From Mayamaea pseudoterrestris (Eukaryota), in the NCBI GenBank assembly GCA_027923505.1, contig BROI01000025.1, forward strand, positions 186,001-250,000: a DNA stretch of 64,000 nucleotides, written 5' to 3'. The notes under the pieces are model-generated. The model searched no databases. It was given only the letters and a program-made list of their open reading frames with translations, and had not been told where the DNA came from. Position 1 is the stretch's first letter. The number at the start of each line of letters is the position of its first letter. Below are positions 57,742-64,000 of this stretch, piece after piece. The translations under genes were made by a program, and so were the position numbers.

Positions 57742-60257
57742 TTACTCATCAGACTGTCTATGATAACCAGTAGCGTTCAATCGTATCCTTCGCCCATCTC
57801 TGACACCGGCATTGGCCGGCGGCTTCGCCCGACGCATCACTCCGTCTCCCGATATACTTGCTTCGCCAGTGCTGCCATCTACACTTGCTCCATCCAACTC
57901 TGCTAATGGTTGCAACGAGTCTGCGCTCGTCGGGCTTCCGCGCGAGTGCTCTTCCAGTAGTAAAGAAGTTTGATCCATGTCAACGTTGGACCGCCGAAGT
58001 AGAATCGAATAGAGCGTGCGACTGAACAAGACACAGCTGGCAACTGCCACAAAGCCAGTCATGAGACCGACGCATGTCGAGCCATAGAAAAACCACAAAA
58101 AGTAGCCAAGCATGGTCTTGTCCGTCACATGACGTCCCGACGCATCCAAACATACCCAGCTCATGGAGAGAAGAAAAATGTAAAGACCCGAAGATGCACC
58201 CGTGACGAACGATGCCCACCACCACTGATAGTTTTGCATGCGAATGTGCTTGTAGTAGAGCAAGACACTGACAGCAGCCACGCATGTGAGAAAGAGCACA
58301 AAGGATGCAATGGCAAAGAAGCTGGAGCTAGAGAAGTAGCCCATGAAAATGGGTCCAGCGACGCCATAGGCGTACTCGACGAACCCACACGCCAATGGAG
58401 GAAGTCCTCCAATGATAAAAAGAATCGGCAGACGGCCGTTGCTGTACCAGCATTTCGAAAGTTTGTTGCAGATTGGCGACTTGCATTCATCTTCGGATGT
58501 CTCCCACTGGTTCTCTTGAGCATCGTCTTGTAATGCCAAGTCTTGATAACCACTGGAGCCGGTAGACACTGGAAAATTGCTCCACGGACCATGCACGTAG
58601 CCCCAATATGCTGCAACCAGCGTCAATGGTACTGATGCAAACAGCCACGTTAAAATTACTGGCGTGGCGTTTTCAATTGCATGGTAAGTAGGCGCCGTCG
58701 ATACATCAGGCAGCACATCGTAGACCAGGTGAATCACTAACATGCCTACTACCGGCATGACAGTCGCCACCGCCAAGGTCACCAGCAAAGCAACAAGTTT
58801 ACTCTGGTGAAACACTATGCACATGCGGCCAGTGATATAGCCGGCAGGCAGCGACGCCAAAATATACAAGACAATGGCTGGCGTCAAAAGGCTAGCTCCA
58901 AGCGACTCGTTGATGAGTCCGCATCGAAACAGAATAACGTAGGCAAAACCAAAAACGAGCCAATGGGCACCCGTTCCACAGCAAAACGTCAACACTGGTG
59001 CAAATTTTGGTGTGAAAAAGACTCGCGTGCTCAGTGGCCACAGCTGCGCCTCCTCCCGCTGCTGCGCATTCTCCACTTCCTCGTCCACGTCAATCGTCAG
59101 TGGCTTGTACGACAAGTCGCGCAGAATCCAAGTCACCAAAACTCCAATGAGCATGCCATTCACCAAAATGCCAACAATGAGGCTAAACAATGGAACCGTG
59201 ATTGGAACGCCATTGTCCATTTGCAAAAAGACGCTCCATCGCGAAAAATATGGCGATTTACTATTGCCGCCATTACTTTCGTAGGGTACCCACATGACAT
59301 CGTAGGTGAATAGTATTGGCTTTGGCTCATCAAGTATCGGCTGCGGCGATATTTGCTTGAGCTGTCCATAGTAGATTGGCAAATGCTGACTCCGATCGCG
59401 GCAACTCTTGGGCATAGGTTCGTTCATGGCGACTGCTGGAAACTTGGAAACGTCTGTCACATTATGCTTGATGCTAAAGGGCTGCACTGTCGTTCGTAGT
59501 ATGTATTGATCATTGTGCAGTATTTCAATGCGATAGTGATTGTAAATAAACTGTTGCCTTTGTTGTTGCACGGACGTGTTGTTTGTATATTTGCGAAACC
59601 GATCATCCTCCAAGACATCATTCAAGTTCAATCCAATCGGAATGCCTCCCCAGTACTGCATGGAAATTTCGTCTTGGTTCTCCTGCCGCAACGCCACGGG
59701 TAGATTGTCAATGTAAAATTGATGCGAGTACTGATTGCGAATCGATTCCTGCAGCAACTTGCCTTGACTACTGTCACTCGACGGCAGTTGCAATACACAC
59801 AATTGTCCGCAGTATATGTTTCGTTGAAAGTATAGAGGCAATACTGGTTCCTCCTGATAAACGTCGCCATGCAACGCTTTGACGGCATGATCCCACGCAT
59901 TGGCTGGATGAATGGGTTGCGGAACGCTGCTTGATTCAAAGCAGAGTGGAAGGTGCGAGTAGTCAATCGAGGAGAGCGTCACGCTTGACACAAGCTTGTT
60001 CACAATGAGAGGTACTCTATTCAAATAAGAAATACAAAGATATATCAGATGAGAAGCTTATCTTCGTCGCTTTCTTTAATATAAATGGCTGCATCAAAGC
60101 CTCATTTTCATTCACTCTGCGTGCTAGTCGTCACGTACCGTTCCCCTTCCTCATAGGCACGCGGAGTCTCGTAGGAAACGTAGACGGCGTTCGTCGACGT
60201 TAATGCGCCTACTAGAAGTGTCAGCCATTGTAGATGGACTCGTCTTGACTCAATCAT
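57742..60257 (-). CDS. Nonaspanin / TM9SF (EMP70 family), divergent (2 exons)
   Basis: Signal peptide, then YEEGERVPLIVNKL across intron 60017-60138. Motifs YSHLPLC, FYIDNLPV, IYNHY, LFTYDVMW, RWSVFL, GGLPP and YQWWWASF. About 9 TM segments. Confidence 0.9.
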
Positions 60258-60639
60258 CTCTAGGCATATAGTAGGAGCAATGAAAATGTTGTGAGCGGAG
60301 GAACGAAACGCAATGCGTTGAGAAACGGATGTCGCATGCGACACCGATCCGACTTAAGTGGAAAACCGCTCCGACATTAAAAGGCGTCGTTCGCCCTCTC
60401 GCGCCGCAAACATCATTGGCTCGTCACCATGACGACGGCCACGAAAGACTACGACTTCCGAGTACTACAACGATACTAGCAACTGCATAGACTGATTAGG
60501 TGATAAAGAAGAACTATCCCTAGTCCAAGGGCTGCTCGTTGCAGCTGCGAAATTCGCGCCGAGGGAACGATCGAGCAAGCTACAGCAACGCCTGAACTGA
60601 TCAATACACATACTGTATACTCATTTCCATTCCAACACC

Positions 60640-63600
60640 ATGACGTTAACTACCACATTTTCATCCATCGGCTTTACCTTTTTCGGCGGTCTCCTCGTCT
60701 TGATGGCTTGCTGGTTGCTCTTTGGTGTGGCGCTGCGCTACCAGTCGCCCTGCGTGGCGCCCCGCGCGACGGCGCGGCCCCGCACCGTCATTTACAATCG
60801 TCACGCACCAAAGGAATCGCCGCAACATCGAGGCAACTTACTATGGGGATGGATTCTTTGGACCTTGTCGCTGAGTTACGATACGTTGCTGCGGGGAGTT
60901 CCTGGCACTGGCACGCGGCAAGGCGGTTTGCAGGGACGAATGCTGCAAACCAACTTGGATGGCATTGTCTTGCTGCGCTTTCATGCCATTGGACGACGCG
61001 TCGCGGCTCTCGCCACATTGCTGTGTCTAGGAGTGTTGCTGCCGCTATATGTCACGTCACCGACGGTGGACTGCAGTGAAGGTGCAACGAGTAGCAACGC
61101 CAAAGTTCAGGTGTTGAACGTCACGAGGGCGCGGCGACATGCTTCTGCCATCAATCTTGTTTCACTAGAATCGACGCAACGACAAGCACTGTTTACTCGC
61201 AGCAAGCAAAACACAACCATTGATGCAGCTTCAATAAATCAAGATTCACCCTCATCTAATATATTGCGTAACAACAACGACGACGACAATGACGACGAGT
61301 ACCACGGCATGAAGCACCTTTGGAACGATCCCTGCCACGCCGACCAAACACTCACCGACTATGGCAAGACAACCCTCGCCAATGTTCCAATCATGATTGA
61401 GGAATCCTACATACTCGACCATACGAATGTGCAGTTTCTGTTGAACTACCGGCTCTTTGCCATTGCCATGCGATTGTATGCCGTGGTGGCGGTCCTGTGG
61501 ATTCTGACGCTGCACGTTTTATACTTGCTCAAGCAGGAGTGGATTGACTTGCTGGCGCTGCGGCGCGTCTACTACTTGGAGTCGGATGTTTGGAAGGAAC
61601 GGAAGATGGAAGGAATGAATGTTAGTGATACGGACATTGAGAGCAAGGGAAAATGCACCACTAAATCAGAGAAGGAGATTACAAGAGTCGTCACTGCAAC
61701 AGACGAGTCAATCATTCCGCCACCAACAACAGCAGCAACTCTCAAGTCGCAACAAATCCATCGGCGAGGCAGTCGCGGAGGAGCGGCGACGCCGCCGCGA
61801 AACAATCTGCAAACGGCAAGCGCAATGTACAGTTCGGACGTTGAGGATGCAAGTGACACTGATAGTAGCAACAACGACGACGACGACGCTTCTGATTTTC
61901 ACAAGTCACTGCTTGGCTTGCTGGATGACGATGAAGTAGAGTCAAAGTCGCAAGATGAACTGTTAATGAATGATCGTGAACCATGGATTCCTCACCCAGA
62001 GCAACCAGACACGGTTGCGCACGTTGGACTGTACAGTCTTCTCGTTGGGAACTTGCCGACCTTGCCCGAGCTAAAAGTCGCAGCAATTCACAATGATGGT
62101 TTATATCCAGATGCGCATACCTTTCATAATCCTATTTACAGCCACTTGAGTAGCAAACGAGACTGCATTGACTGGCAACTCAGCATGACGGCTGCGTTTT
62201 TCGATTACTGCGTTCCCAATCAACCTGGTTTCAGTAGCAGTGTGGCAGCAGTGTCCATTCTACCAGGCGCCGCGGACATTACCGTCTCGTGGCGAAAGTG
62301 GTACGCTGCGGCGGCGAAGCTCCGTCGACTCCGGTTCATTCGAAAGCAAATTGAGCGACGCAAACATCAGCAAATATTGCGGCGGAGAATGAGCTTGAGT
62401 GAACGTGGATTGGCTGCCAGTGAGCGTGGAGGCATGAGCCTGAGTGACCGAAACAATCGCAGTGACGGAGAGAGTAGCGTCTTGATGCGCAATGGAGACA
62501 ATGTTGATACGGAAACATCGGTTGAAATGGTAGATTTGACGCCGCAAAAGAATGGAACAAAATCTTTAAGTTTTACAGAAGAGCAACAAAATGGCGTACG
62601 GAATGTACTGGGCCCTTTTGTTTCGGATGACGCTGACAATAAAGTTTATGAGAGTGTAACCTTCGGACCGGAGCAAATTGCAATTTACGGTCGCGAGTTT
62701 GCCCAAGCTGCATCGCCTTGCTGTCCAAACGGATTCTGTGAGCAATGGGTTGCTCGGGCTAGCCTGGAAGAGCTTTTAGACTTCGAAGAAGAGGCTGCCA
62801 TTCAATTGCATCACGCCATTTGCGAACTGCAGGACGCCCGGTGCCACGTGAGCGCTGTAGCTGTAGATGAGCGAGGCGTCCCGCTTAATGAAGTACCCTC
62901 GACTAACCCATCACCTCGGAGCAAGAAAGGCTACAAGAAAATTGCAAAGAACTCTGATCGGCCCGAGATATCGAGAAGTAGTAGTCAACTGGAGACCGAA
63001 TTGCTTGAGGCCTCGGGACATTCAAGTCGCAAACGACGCCGCCAATCAAAATGGAAACTTCTTGAGTCAATGGTCGACGAAGCGCGAGAAAATGAGTTGA
63101 TGCATGCGAGAGAGCTACCCACCGGGGTCTGGTCGTGGCCAACTTGCTCTGGACTCCTGGCATTTCCATGTTTGAAAGACTGGAGAAAACACTTCCAGAC
63201 GGAGAGCGCCGTTGAGAGTTTAGCGCGCGAATCGTCGTTCGCTGTCGTCACTTTTACTTCACGGCAGGCTGCCATTGCTGCGAGACATTGTCTGTCAGAC
63301 GGCAGGGCGTTTGGAAAGTGGAGCAATCTTCATGAAATTCCCATTGCGCCCCTGTCAGATGCTGCGCCGTTTAACATATGGCTGTGCCGGAACTGTTGCC
63401 GTCCGGTGACGCTCAGTATCAGCGACGGACAAAAGTCCATTCGCTTCTATTTCACGCTGGTATTGCTGGCGTGTCTCTACGTGTTTTACACCATCCCTCT
63501 CACGTTTGCGTCGAGTTTAGTGAACCCAGAGCTGTTTGAGCAGTTATTTCCGTATCTGCAAGGGACCGAACTCCCCCACATCTTTACAGGATTCCTTTCC

Positions 63601-64000
63601 GCAATGGTGTGGTCCATTTTCTTCATGGTTTGTCCTCAGTTATTTAGAGTAAGTTCGCTGCATGATGACCTCGGTGATATTCATTAAGGACAACTCACGC
63701 CTTTTGTTTCAGACCATCGCTAATTTCGGAAGCGTGGCAACCAGTGTCGCCAAAGCGGAGCGTCGCGCCTTGCAATACTTCTGGTGGTTCATGGTCTTCA
63801 CGGCCTTCACCGGTCCTATTCTTGCCCAATGGGTTCTAAATGCCATTGACAACGACTTTCAGTTTGGCGCTGGGCTACGAGAGGCCCTTCGATTAATTGC
63901 AGGGGCGACAGCGACTGTTGTTTCGGCCAACTGGCTCAATTGGATCATATATCGCTTCACAATCATAATTCCAATCCACTATATGCTGCAATTCAACACG
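60640..64000 (+). CDS. OSCA/TMEM63/CSC1-like mechanosensitive channel (partial, continues beyond window)
   Basis: N-terminal TM, LDGIVLLRF, TTLANV, YSLLVGNLP, FAVVTFTSRQAA and YTIPL. Intron 63649-63712 continues in frame as TIANFGS..AERRALQYFWWF. Confidence 0.88.

Noticed and set aside
1..64000. Prokaryotic-type systems (CRISPR, operons, IS elements), rRNA or tRNA genes, retroelements
   Set aside because: No repeat-spacer array, cloverleaf, transposase, integrase or reverse transcriptase motifs were seen, and the DNA is intron-containing eukaryotic sequence.

Overview
Gene-dense eukaryotic genomic DNA, most consistent with a pennate diatom. The basis is short GT-AG introns (about 60-200 bp), short intergenic spacers, bipartite signal peptides with ASAFAP-like cleavage sites, and diatom-typical cyclase-PDE and ankyrin families. 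About 33 protein-coding genes were reconstructed by hand, many with splice sites checked for frame. Recognisable housekeeping genes: PCD/PCBD, PMM, TSG101/VPS23, UBA1, COQ5, ELP5, pyruvate kinase, TM9SF, an OSCA/CSC1 channel, and GT32 and GT61 glycosyltransferases. The most unusual items are five domain architectures or arrangements: (1) a gamma-glutamylcyclotransferase-like enzyme fused to an NB-ARC/STAND NTPase and TPR repeats, i.e. an NLR-like receptor with an enzymatic effector; (2) a signal-peptide-bearing thioredoxin / bacterial-type thioredoxin reductase fusion ending in an ER-retention-like SEL; (3) a DUF4258-like / vWA / alpha-kinase fusion; (4) an A-B-B'-A' cluster of four Cys-rich, probably GPI-anchored surface proteins; (5) a very divergent 1592-aa RBBP5/Swd1-like protein. 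No rRNA, tRNA, CRISPR array or transposase was seen. All family calls come from motif recognition by eye, with no database search.
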